Shown here piece after piece: positions 26,865 to 35,989 of a stretch of DNA of 64,000 nt; position 1 is the first letter of the stretch, and each line of letters opens with the position of its first letter. Source of the DNA: an uncultured bacterium (GTDB lineage: Bacteria; Verrucomicrobiota; Kiritimatiellia; RFP12; CAIWXQ01); the NCBI GenBank assembly GCA_903861045.1, contig CAIOST010000353.1, positions 4,097 to 68,096 on the forward strand, in the 5' to 3' direction. The notes under the pieces are model-generated. The model had not been told where the DNA came from. It was given only the letters and a program-made list of their open reading frames with translations, and made no database searches. A program made the translations under genes and the position numbers.

Positions 26865-28256
26865 CTATTTCTCTTCCGTCGGCATCTTTCGGTAGAGAGT
26901 CGCCAGCGATATTTGCAACGTTTTAGCCGCCTTCTCCTTGTCACCATGCGCGCGCGCGATCACCTGCTCGAGGTATTCCTTCTCTTTCTGGCGCAAAAAG
27001 GCCCTCAGGGATACATTACGATATTGCTCGATCGCGTCAGGTGCGGCCCCGGTCGCATCCGTCGCCTCGCTGGTTTCTGGCAAGGCGTAGGCCGCGACCC
27101 GCGTCGGCAGGGTTTCCAGCGTAATTTCGTCGCTCTGCACAAACGCCATGGCATGTTTAATGGCATTCTCGAGTTCCCGGACGTTACCCGGCCAGGGGCA
27201 GCGCATCATCGCATCGGCCGCCTCTCGCGAGATGCGAGGGCAGGCCGTGCCGGCCGGCGTCTCCTTACGAAGGAAAAACTGCACCAACGGCAACACATCT
27301 TCCGTGCGGTCACGCAGGGGGGCAATATCAATGGCGATCACGGCGAGTCGGTAATAAAGGTCCTGCCGAAAAGAGCCTTCTTTAACCTTCTCCTCCAAGT
27401 TGACATTACTCGCGGCGAGCACACGCACATTCACGGCAATCGTAGCGGTGCCACCGACCGGGCGCATTTCGCGCTCTTGCAAAACGCGCAATAGCTTCCC
27501 CTGCAACGAGATAGGCATTGACGATATCTCATCTAAAAACAGAGTCCCGCCATCGGCGGCCTCGAACAACCCCTTGCGATCGGTGTTAGCACCGGTAAAG
27601 GAGCCCTTGACATAGCCAAACATCTCGGATTCCAGCAGCGCTTCAGGCAAGGCCGCGCAATTAACAGCGATCCATGGTTTGTCCCGGCGCCGGCTGTTGT
27701 TGTGAATCGCGCGGGCTAGCACCTCCTTGCCGGTCCCGCTTTCGCCAGTCAATAAGACCGTCGCGTCTGTCGGAGCGACACGCCGGACCTGTTCACAGAC
27801 GCGTTTCATAGGCTGGCTTTCAGCCACCACCACATCAAACTTGCACTGCGTCACCAGTGTTTCGCGCAATTCGTCACGCTCGGCCTTGATCTCGCTATAT
27901 TCCAGTGCCCGGCGCACCGTCAAGATCAGCTCATCCACTTTGAACGGCTTCGTGAGATAATCGAACGCCCCCTTCTTCATGGCCTCGATGGCGGTTTCCA
28001 CGGAGCCATAGGCGGTCAAGAGAATCACGGGGAGATCCGGACTTTCGGCGCGTGCCACGCGGAACAACTCCATGCCATCCATGGGCGACATACGGATGTC
28101 GGTAATCAGCAGATCAAATTTCTGCTGCCGCAGCAACGCCACGGCCGTGGGGCCATCCTTCGCGGAGACAGACTCCACCCCCTCCACGCGCAGCACGCTG
28201 TGCAGCAACGACAGAATCCGCGGCTCGTCGTCAACCAGAAGAATCTTTTTTGGCAT
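26865..28256 (-). CDS. sigma-54-dependent Fis-family response regulator (NtrC/PilR-like)
   Basis: REC domain (KILLVDDEPRI...LLITDIRMSPMDG...KPF). AAA+ sigma-54 interaction domain (VLLTGESGTGKE, GSFTGA loop, GGTLFLDEI). C-terminal HTH. Start set at MPKKILLVDD (28256). Confidence 0.9.
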   Translation of the reverse strand: MPKKILLVDDEPRILSLLHSVLRVEGVESVSAKDGPTAVALLRQQKFDLLITDIRMSPMDGMELFRVARAESPDLPVILLTAYGSVETAIEAMKKGAFDYLTKPFKVDELILTVRRALEYSEIKAERDELRETLVTQCKFDVVVAESQPMKRVCEQVRRVAPTDATVLLTGESGTGKEVLARAIHNNSRRRDKPWIAVNCAALPEALLESEMFGYVKGSFTGANTDRKGLFEAADGGTLFLDEISSMPISLQGKLLRVLQEREMRPVGGTATIAVNVRVLAASNVNLEEKVKEGSFRQDLYYRLAVIAIDIAPLRDRTEDVLPLVQFFLRKETPAGTACPRISREAADAMMRCPWPGNVRELENAIKHAMAFVQSDEITLETLPTRVAAYALPETSEATDATGAAPDAIEQYRNVSLRAFLRQKEKEYLEQVIARAHGDKEKAAKTLQISLATLYRKMPTEEK

Positions 28257-28360
28257 AGGCCCTGCTAGCAGTTCGTAGTTTCCGGCATGCGAACCAGCGA
28301 CTACACACGCCTGATTCGCAATTATGATAAACCAGAACTGTCTTCGCGGCAATGAGAAAC

Positions 28361-29557
28361 CTAGCCGTTGGATACCAACTGGCCCATCTTAAAGAGCGGC
28401 ATGAAGAGCGCCACGACGATACCACCGATCACCACGCCAAGGAAGACCATCAGCAAGGGCTCCATCAGCGACGTGAGGGCCGCCAGCATGGTCTCCACCT
28501 CATCGTCGTAGGTATCCGCGATGTTATCCAGCATCTCATCCAGTCGACCGCTCTTTTCGCCTGCTTCCACCATGCGGATCATCAGCTTGGGGAGGCACTC
28601 CTTATCCTGCAACCCGCTGGTAATGGTCCCCCCCTGCTCCACGGAATGGCGCGCATCCATGATGGCCTTTTCGATCACGCGATTGCCCGTGGCTTTTGCC
28701 ACCAGTTCCAGCGCCTCCAGGATCGGCACACCGCTGCGCAACATCTGCGACAGTAGTCTTGTAAAGCGGGCCACGGCCACTTTCTGCGTCAGCACCCCGA
28801 ACACCGGCACTTTGAGTAGTTTGGCGTGAATCGTCCACTGCCCCTGGGGTGTCTTGGCCCAGCGTCGGAAGAGAAAAATTCCCACCATGGCGCTGGGGAT
28901 GATGTATAGGATATTGCCGCGAATGCCATTACTGATACTCAGCAGCACTTGTGTCGGCAGCGGCAGTTTCCCGCCAAAATCCGCATACATGCTGGCAAAA
29001 ACCGGCACGACAAAGGTGATAATACCAAAGGCAATGCTCAGCGCCATGGTCATAACCACGACGGGATACGTCATGGCCCCCTTGACCTTGCGCTTCAGTT
29101 TGGCGCTGGTCTCCATCATCATGGCCAGACGCTTCAGGGTCGGGGCGAACTCGCCGCTGCGTTCCCCGGCGCGCACCATGTTGACATACAGGCTGTCAAA
29201 AATCTGCGGATAACGCGCCAGGGCATCGGAGAACGTTGCGCCCCCCTCGATGGAGGCCAGCAGTTCGCCCAGCACCACGCGGAAAGCCGGCGTCTCAGCC
29301 TGATCATGCAAGGCCGACAACGAAGCCACCAAGGACATGCCGGAAGTCATCATGCTGGAGATCTGGCGTGTGAACGGCCCCAGTTCCTTGTTGACGATCT
29401 TCTTGGCGCCGTGCACCACGCCGCCGCGTCCCCCGCCTTTGCCACTGCCGGCCGCCGCCGGCCGCGCCGGAGTCGTGCTGGACGGACGAGATGACGCTGA
29501 CGAAGCGGAACTCTTGCTAATAACTGGCATGGGAAACTCCTTCTTCTTATTCGCCAC
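28361..29557 (-). CDS. type II secretion system F-family platform protein (PilC/GspF-like)
   Basis: About 400 aa with duplicated T2SSF repeats (…GATFSDALARYPQIFDSLYVNMVRAGERSGEF... and ...GGTITSGLQDKECLPKLMIRMVEAGEKSGRLDEML) and three TM segments. Confidence 0.9.
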   Translation of the reverse strand: MANKKKEFPMPVISKSSASSASSRPSSTTPARPAAAGSGKGGGRGGVVHGAKKIVNKELGPFTRQISSMMTSGMSLVASLSALHDQAETPAFRVVLGELLASIEGGATFSDALARYPQIFDSLYVNMVRAGERSGEFAPTLKRLAMMMETSAKLKRKVKGAMTYPVVVMTMALSIAFGIITFVVPVFASMYADFGGKLPLPTQVLLSISNGIRGNILYIIPSAMVGIFLFRRWAKTPQGQWTIHAKLLKVPVFGVLTQKVAVARFTRLLSQMLRSGVPILEALELVAKATGNRVIEKAIMDARHSVEQGGTITSGLQDKECLPKLMIRMVEAGEKSGRLDEMLDNIADTYDDEVETMLAALTSLMEPLLMVFLGVVIGGIVVALFMPLFKMGQLVSNG

Positions 29558-31268
29558 CCGTGACTTCCAAGGCCGCCGCCAGCGAGGTCAAGCCGGCGCG
29601 CACTTTCATCAATCCAACATTTTTAAGAGGAATCATGCCATTACGCACGGCCAGCGTGCGCAGTTCGCCGGTGGTTCGGCCATGTACGATGGCCTCACGG
29701 ATCACATCGTCCACCGTCAGCACTTCCATGATGGCGCCGCGCCCCTTATACCCGGTGCCATTGCAGCGCGGGCACCCTGTGGGAAAGTAGACCGGCGCCC
29801 CATCAAAGAACTGCGGCTCAATATGGTTGATCTCAAAGACATCCGCAGCCACGGTCCCCTCCTTCTTACAAGCGCTACACAGCTTGCGATAGAGACGCTG
29901 TGCCTGGGCAAGAATGAGGGAAGACCCGATCATAAACGGCGGCACCCCCATATCCACCAGACGGGCAATCACGCCCGCCGCGTCATTGGTGTGCAGCGTG
30001 CTGAGCACCAAATGGCCGGTGAGGGCCGCCTTGATCGCAATATCGGCCGTCTCCCCGTCGCGAATCTCGCCCACCAGAATGATATCCGGATCCTGGCGCA
30101 GCACGGAACGCAAGACGGAGGCAAACGACAGTCCCACCTGTGTGTTCACATGCACCTGATTGATGCCGGCAATCTGATATTCGACCGGATCCTCCGCCGT
30201 GACAATGTTCACATCCGGCTTGTTCAGGTCCTGCATGCAGGAGTAGAGCGTGGTGGTTTTGCCGCTACCGGTCGGCCCGGTTACCAGCAGCACACCATGC
30301 GGTTGCTCAATGGCGTACTGCATGGCTTTGTATGCGAAATCATCCAGCCCCAACGAGCCCAAACCGGGTGCCAGATTTTGTTTATCCAGGATACGCATGA
30401 CGATCTTCTCACCAAAGACCGTGGGTAGAATGCTGACACGGATATCCACTTCCCGGCCAAAGGCCTTGATCTTGAAGCGCCCATCCTGCGGGAGACGCCG
30501 CTCGGCGATATCCAGATCCGACATAATCTTGATGCGGGAGACGAGTGCGTTGTGATACGCCTTGGGCGGACTGGGGCGCTCCACCAAGGACCCGTCAATC
30601 CGGTAGCGCAGCCGCGAACACTTCTCCAGAGCCTCAATGTGGATATCGCTGGCCTTCGTGCGCAGCGCCTCGATCATAACCATGTTCACCATGCGGATGA
30701 CCGGCGCGCCCTCGGCGGTTTCCAGCGTCTTCTCGAGGCTCTCCTCGTGCCCATCCTTGGCGCTGTCGACCTCGATTTCCCCGTCCCCGGCCTTCATCAC
30801 ATCTTCCAGATCCAGGTTCTGGCCGCTGGAAGCCGCATTCGCAGCGGTCGCCCGCCCCAGCAGATCGTTGATCTCCTTCTCGGCTGCCACCAGGGGAATC
30901 ACCAGCAGGCTGGTGGTCATGCGCAGGTTTTCGATGATATGGATATCAAACGGATCTGCCAGCGCGACCAGCAGATTCTTACCGTTCTTCCCCACCGGGA
31001 AAGCGCGCGTGCGCTCCCAGATCTCGCGGGGTTGCAGCTCCAATAGGGCGGGGTCCGGTATGAAATGCGCCAATTTGATCGGCGGCATCCGCACATACTC
31101 TGCCACCGCCAGCGTCATGTCGTCCTGCGAGACCAACTGGCTGTGCAACAGCCGCTTCTCAATCGGACCTGAATCCTGCGAAGTGACCGTCTCGAGCTTC
31201 TCCCGCGTGATCACACCACGCTGGAGCAGGATATCCACCACGCCGCTACCGCTTGACTCGTTTGCCAT
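29547..31268 (-). CDS. GspE/PilB-family type II/IV secretion ATPase
   Basis: N-terminal T2SSE_N-like domain. Walker A VTGPTGSGKTT, Asp box, Walker B ILVGEIRD, His box LTGHLVLSTLHTN, and a tetracysteine motif (CSACK...CPRC). Start set at MANESS (31268, GGAGG SD). Confidence 0.9.
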   Translation of the reverse strand: MANESSGSGVVDILLQRGVITREKLETVTSQDSGPIEKRLLHSQLVSQDDMTLAVAEYVRMPPIKLAHFIPDPALLELQPREIWERTRAFPVGKNGKNLLVALADPFDIHIIENLRMTTSLLVIPLVAAEKEINDLLGRATAANAASSGQNLDLEDVMKAGDGEIEVDSAKDGHEESLEKTLETAEGAPVIRMVNMVMIEALRTKASDIHIEALEKCSRLRYRIDGSLVERPSPPKAYHNALVSRIKIMSDLDIAERRLPQDGRFKIKAFGREVDIRVSILPTVFGEKIVMRILDKQNLAPGLGSLGLDDFAYKAMQYAIEQPHGVLLVTGPTGSGKTTTLYSCMQDLNKPDVNIVTAEDPVEYQIAGINQVHVNTQVGLSFASVLRSVLRQDPDIILVGEIRDGETADIAIKAALTGHLVLSTLHTNDAAGVIARLVDMGVPPFMIGSSLILAQAQRLYRKLCSACKKEGTVAADVFEINHIEPQFFDGAPVYFPTGCPRCNGTGYKGRGAIMEVLTVDDVIREAIVHGRTTGELRTLAVRNGMIPLKNVGLMKVRAGLTSLAAALEVTGGE

Positions 31269-31291
31269 GCCGAAACCTCCTACGTGATAAT

Positions 31292-31307
31292 GGCAGGAAT
31301 TGTGCCA
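31292..31307 (-). promoter_or_regulatory. candidate sigma-54 (-24/-12) promoter upstream of the GspE/PilB-like gene
   Basis: The minus strand reads TGGCACAATTCCTGCC with canonical GG/GC spacing. It ends about 24 nt upstream of the ATG at 31268, which would give a very short leader containing the SD. Confidence 0.4.
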
Positions 31308-31425
31308 GGTGTCACGCCGCCGCCGCACGACCGCGCCTGCCCGCTCTTGCAAAGATTGCAAAAAAGACAAAAGCAGGCTTGAATCTGCGCCGCCCAAAGA
31401 ACAGAATAGCTAATTACAAACACCA

Positions 31426-32331
31426 ATGCCAGACTCTACCAACAACGCCGCCGTCAGCGGGCTCGTCCCGGACAACGAGGCCATCTCTTTCTTCGAGCAG
31501 ATCCTACAAAGCATGCCGGACGACCGGGTCTCGCTCGAAGTACTCTCGCAGGCCTACGAAGGCACGGGGGAAGCGGAGAAAGTCCGCGACCTGCTGGTGC
31601 GCCTGGCCCGCGTGATCGAACGCGATGGCGATTTGGAAGCCGCCCGGCAACTGCAACCCCGACTCACCCTGCACATCGGACACGCGGAGACGGACACCGC
31701 GCTGGACCAACTGCGGCGCTTCCTCGCCGGAACCGGCGGCGACCAAGCAGCCACCACCCGCGCAACCGCACCCAGCGCCGCGCCCTCGCCCAGCAACCTC
31801 TCCCAGGCCATGCAGCGCATCCAAGGAGCCACGGAACGCCGCTCTATGGTCTCGCAGGAACTGGACTTCGCCTGGCTGCTGCATGAACAAGGGATCCTCT
31901 CGGAAGATCAGTACGCCTCCGTCGTCAGCGACATTACGGACCTCTCTGCCAGCGACACCCCCCTCCCCATCTCCGTGCTCCACCTCTTCCAGGATCGCCA
32001 ACTCCCCAATATAGACCGCGTGCTGACTCTTGCCGCCGAGAAAAGCGGCGCCCCCCTGTTGCCGCTCTCCTCCTTCGAACCGCAAGCCGCCGCTTACAGC
32101 CTGCTCCCGTTGGATTATCTGATCATCAAAGGCGTCATCCCCTTTGAATTGATCGCACGCGATCTGCTGGTCGCCACCCTCAACCCGCTCAACGAGGCCC
32201 TGCATGAAGAGCTCGAGAAATTAACCGGACGCCGCTGCCACTTCTATCTGGTCCAGCCGTCCGAGTTTGACATCTCGATTGACAGGATCCGCAAACAGAC
32301 GCAGGCGGAAGCCGCGTCCGGCAACAAGTAG
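31426..32331 (+). CDS. hypothetical protein with a C-terminal GspE-N/MshEN-like domain (no ATPase domain)
   Basis: 301 aa. The C-terminal ~140 aa (LDFAWLLHEQGILSEDQYASVVSD...LPLDYLIIKGVIPFELIARDLLVATLNPLNEALHEELEKLTGRRCHFYLV) follows the T2SSE_N pattern seen at the N-terminus of the adjacent PilB-like ATPase. Divergently transcribed from it. Confidence 0.55.
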   Translation: MPDSTNNAAVSGLVPDNEAISFFEQILQSMPDDRVSLEVLSQAYEGTGEAEKVRDLLVRLARVIERDGDLEAARQLQPRLTLHIGHAETDTALDQLRRFLAGTGGDQAATTRATAPSAAPSPSNLSQAMQRIQGATERRSMVSQELDFAWLLHEQGILSEDQYASVVSDITDLSASDTPLPISVLHLFQDRQLPNIDRVLTLAAEKSGAPLLPLSSFEPQAAAYSLLPLDYLIIKGVIPFELIARDLLVATLNPLNEALHEELEKLTGRRCHFYLVQPSEFDISIDRIRKQTQAEAASGNK

Positions 32332-32363
32332 CCGGAGCGTTGCGGCTCCCGGAGCGTTGCGGT

Positions 32364-33152
32364 TCAATGATTGGCGCCCACATAAAAGTCGCGCCGTTCC
32401 CCCGTACTCGAAGCCAGCGTGACACACTGGGGGGCAATCGCCACCACGGTCATGGTTTCGATCTTATCGCCTTGTGAGACCAAACGCCCGTTGATGCGTG
32501 CCAACGATTTGGTCTGCGCGCCGCCAATCACCGCCGTGATCTTAATGGTCGGCCAAACAAACGGCTTCTCTGCGCCGGGCGCCGGACTGGAAACAGCCCG
32601 CACCGGTGGTTGCTTTGGTATTTCTGCCGCTACCGCCGGCACCACGGCCACGGGGGCCACGACCGCCACAGGCGCGCCCGCGGGGGCCGTAGTCATCTCG
32701 GCCCCTGCCCCTTCGACCCCGTTGCGAATTTGCGCCTTCAACGCCTTAGCATCCTGCAGCGGTTTGGCCAGCGAAGTTGCCGACACCTGATGCGGTGCCG
32801 AGGCAGGCAGCGTGGCTGTCGGTGCCGCCGTGGGCGTGGCTGGCATGGGCTCTTTCGCCGTCGCCGTTTTCGTCTGCAAGCGGGTCGCCCAGTGTTGCGC
32901 CCACGTCTGGACCGTGGCGATGCCGTCCCCCCACTGTCCGTGGCCAACTGCCATCAACCCGCCCCCCACCAAGAGCGCCACCGCCAGCACCACCAGCACC
33001 ACTTTCTTACCCACGCTACTTTCTTGAACCCGTCCGTCCAGCGCCACGACGGGTGCGACGGCATCCAGCGGCGGCGGCGTCGCCCCCAACCCCATGGGAC
33101 CTGCCGGCGCTATCCCGCCGGGCAATGGTTTGTTGCTTGATCCGATCTGCAT
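32364..33152 (-). CDS. Pro/Ala-rich membrane-anchored protein with a GspB/MshK-like C-terminal domain
   Basis: One TM (VVLVVLAVALLVGGGLMAV) and a long Ala/Pro/Thr linker. The C-terminus WPTIKITAVIGGAQTKSLARINGRLVSQGDKIETMTVVAIAPQCVTLAS resembles the T2SS GspB-type domain. Confidence 0.5.
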   Translation of the reverse strand: MQIGSSNKPLPGGIAPAGPMGLGATPPPLDAVAPVVALDGRVQESSVGKKVVLVVLAVALLVGGGLMAVGHGQWGDGIATVQTWAQHWATRLQTKTATAKEPMPATPTAAPTATLPASAPHQVSATSLAKPLQDAKALKAQIRNGVEGAGAEMTTAPAGAPVAVVAPVAVVPAVAAEIPKQPPVRAVSSPAPGAEKPFVWPTIKITAVIGGAQTKSLARINGRLVSQGDKIETMTVVAIAPQCVTLASSTGERRDFYVGANH

Positions 33153-33156
33153 TTGA

Positions 33157-35862
33157 TTACTCTCCGCTCACATGATTGTGCGATTTCGCCGCCCTCGCGG
33201 CGGACTTGGCCACCACCTGGTCCAACACCTCCAGCAACTGCACACGCGTAAAAGGCTTGCTTAACAGGCCGGACGGGTGCAGAGGCGCAAAATGCGTCTG
33301 GGCCGCGTGGATGCCATACCCCGTCATAATCACAATCGGCACGTCTGCATGGATCGCCCGAATGGCCCGGAAGGACTCCTCGCCCGTCATTTCCGGCATC
33401 TCCTGGTCCAGCAGCACCACCTGCACATCCTGCGCGCGCTGCGCAAAGAGGCTGGCAGCCACCCGGCCATTCTCCGCCGCCAGCACCTCATAACCGGAAG
33501 AGCTCAACGCCAACGTAGTGACCTTGCGGATGTCCATGTCATCTTCGGCCAGCAGCACCAGTCGCTTACTTTTGCCAACGACCGGCGGCACCAAGGTCGG
33601 CAACGTGGTCGGCAGGACAGCCACCGGCACCGCATCGGCCTGCACCTGCGCCGTTCCCTGCGGCAGAACCACGCGGAAGACCGTGCCAACCTGCTCGGTG
33701 CTGCGCACCGCAATGCCGCCGCCATGCGCCTGCACGATCCCCATCACCGCCGAAAGCCCTAACCCGCGCCCGGCGGCTTTCGTCGAGAAGAACGGGTCAA
33801 AGATCCGGGCCTGCACATCCGGTGGCATCCCCCGCCCGGTATCACGCACCTCCAGCAGCGCATACACGCCAGCCGGCAACGGGTTGGCGCCGAGAAATTC
33901 CCCCAGCTCATCGGCTGCCGCTTCCAGCCGGTTGGTCGTCAGCGTGATCACGCCCGGTTTGTTGCCCAGCGCATCCGAAGCATTGATCAGCAGATTCATC
34001 GCCACCTGCCCCAATTGTGACGAATCACCCATGATGGCCGGCACCCGTGGATCCATGTTTATCTCTAGCGTCGCCTTCTTCGATAACGAGGTCTGCAGCA
34101 GCAGGGTCATATCGCGCAGCATGCTGTTGAGATTCACGGTCTGCGGTTCCACGCTACCCTGGCCGGCATAGGCCTGCAACTGCCGGGTCAACCCCGAGGC
34201 TCGGATCGCCGCCTTGCGGATCTGCGTCACCGGTTCCACCACCGGCTCGCCGCCCATGGTCTTGATCGCCGCATCCTCCGCGTGCCCCAGAATGGCCGAC
34301 AGAATGTTGTTGAAATCATGCGCAATGCCACTAGCCAGCAGCCCCAGGCTTTCCAGCTTCTGCTTCTGCCCGATGCGCACCTCCAACAGGTGCCGATCCC
34401 GTTCCGCCTTGTGTCGGTCCGTCATGTTACGTTCAATGGCCAGCGCACAATGCTCATTGACCGGTACAATCCGGAACTCTCCCCAATACGCCAGACCATC
34501 CGAATACTCCGCATGAAACTCCAGCGACTGCCACTGCCCCGTGGCAAACACCGCGTCAATGCGTTCCTGCAACTGCATCCGTAAATCGGCCGGCAGCACG
34601 CGCACATCATGCAAGTCACACCCGATCGCCTTCTCCGGCGTCATGGCCAGAAACTGTTCTGCTCCGATGGGACACTTGACAGATAGCAACCGCCCGCGCT
34701 TCTCAAAGAAGTACATGATATCCGGCGAAGCGGCCAGCAGCGCCCGGCTCTGGCTCTCGCTATGCTCCAGCCGCAGCCGACTATGCTCCATGGCGGTCAA
34801 CAGGGTATTGACGGCACGTGCCACCACGCCAAACTCGTTCTGCCCCGCCTCATGCAAGCGCCGCCCCGCCGATTCGCGAAAGGGCAGCGCCTGAATCTCG
34901 GCGGCCAGCCGCGTCAGCGGATTGATCACCGCCCGCCCCTGCATATAAAGCAGGGGCACGATAAAACAGATCCCGACCGCCGCCACAAACAGCAAAAGCC
35001 AGTCCAGCGACACCTTTGCCAGCGGTGCAAACGTGCGCGGCATTGTAATGACCAGGGATACCGAGGGGTTTCCATAGACATCGAACACCGGCAACCGGGC
35101 TTCATACCCATCCAGGCCGGCAACCCGCCAGGCGCTGGGCGCGGCCACCCCATCGCGCCACGCCACATCCACCGCCGCCCCCTTCCGGGGTGACGACGGC
35201 TGCTCATCCGACACAACCGGGGCTAGCTGCAATTCCTCAAACAACGGCACCCCGATCCGCAAGCCGGGCAACGCAGCCCCCAGGCGACGCACCACCGATT
35301 TACCGTGCAAATCCCGCCCTAGCACCAGCACGCCCGCCATCGGCTGGGCAAGATCGTCCGGAATACGCTGCACCGCCACCAGCATCGGTCCTTCGTCCAG
35401 CACCACCAGCCCGACCCGCACCGACTGGTTGGTGAACGTCAGCAGGGGCGATTGCGGGAGCAGATGCCGTTGCAAGGATGCCGAGAGCGTCGAGGGGGGC
35501 GCCTGCCGCGACGGCAGATAGATCGAGGAAAAAAGCTGCCCGGCCGGGTCAACCAGGGCGGCCATCTGTAAATCGTGCTTGGCCAAGGCGGCCGCCGGAA
35601 ACGCCCGGCCGGCTGCCTCCGGTTGCCGCTCGCTACATGCGGCCCCAATCCCGGGGTCACTGCGGCAGGCAGCGGCCGTCTGCCCCAATTGGCGCATCTC
35701 CGCTTGGATGGTTCGCGCCAGATCCGGCGCGCTACGTACAACCGACATCTCCGTCCTGCGAAAAGACTCCAGTAGGATCAGCCGGCCACCCACATAAAAG
35801 ATCAGTAACAGCAGCAGTAACGCCATGCTGGTTGCCAATGCCAGCTTCATCCGCACGCTCAT
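33157..35862 (-). CDS. hybrid sensor histidine kinase / response regulator (periplasmic sensor, PAS, HisKA, HATPase_c, REC)
   Basis: TM-flanked N-terminal sensor domain. H-box LASGIAHDFNNILSAILGH. N/G boxes (NLLINASDAL, DTGRGM, GRGLGLS). C-terminal REC (LLAEDDMDIR...VLLDQEMPEMTG). Start set at MSVRMKL (35862, good SD) rather than 35943. Confidence 0.85.
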   Translation of the reverse strand: MSVRMKLALATSMALLLLLLIFYVGGRLILLESFRRTEMSVVRSAPDLARTIQAEMRQLGQTAAACRSDPGIGAACSERQPEAAGRAFPAAALAKHDLQMAALVDPAGQLFSSIYLPSRQAPPSTLSASLQRHLLPQSPLLTFTNQSVRVGLVVLDEGPMLVAVQRIPDDLAQPMAGVLVLGRDLHGKSVVRRLGAALPGLRIGVPLFEELQLAPVVSDEQPSSPRKGAAVDVAWRDGVAAPSAWRVAGLDGYEARLPVFDVYGNPSVSLVITMPRTFAPLAKVSLDWLLLFVAAVGICFIVPLLYMQGRAVINPLTRLAAEIQALPFRESAGRRLHEAGQNEFGVVARAVNTLLTAMEHSRLRLEHSESQSRALLAASPDIMYFFEKRGRLLSVKCPIGAEQFLAMTPEKAIGCDLHDVRVLPADLRMQLQERIDAVFATGQWQSLEFHAEYSDGLAYWGEFRIVPVNEHCALAIERNMTDRHKAERDRHLLEVRIGQKQKLESLGLLASGIAHDFNNILSAILGHAEDAAIKTMGGEPVVEPVTQIRKAAIRASGLTRQLQAYAGQGSVEPQTVNLNSMLRDMTLLLQTSLSKKATLEINMDPRVPAIMGDSSQLGQVAMNLLINASDALGNKPGVITLTTNRLEAAADELGEFLGANPLPAGVYALLEVRDTGRGMPPDVQARIFDPFFSTKAAGRGLGLSAVMGIVQAHGGGIAVRSTEQVGTVFRVVLPQGTAQVQADAVPVAVLPTTLPTLVPPVVGKSKRLVLLAEDDMDIRKVTTLALSSSGYEVLAAENGRVAASLFAQRAQDVQVVLLDQEMPEMTGEESFRAIRAIHADVPIVIMTGYGIHAAQTHFAPLHPSGLLSKPFTRVQLLEVLDQVVAKSAARAAKSHNHVSGE

Positions 35863-35989
35863 TCTGTCTGTTCCTCTCTTGCCGTCCGAAAGCAGCACTG
35901 GCACAACCAGTCGGGTTGCATCCGGGACACGTACAGAACCCATTGAAGCAACTGTTGACGCTCGGGCGATCAGCCCCTACTCTCTTGGC

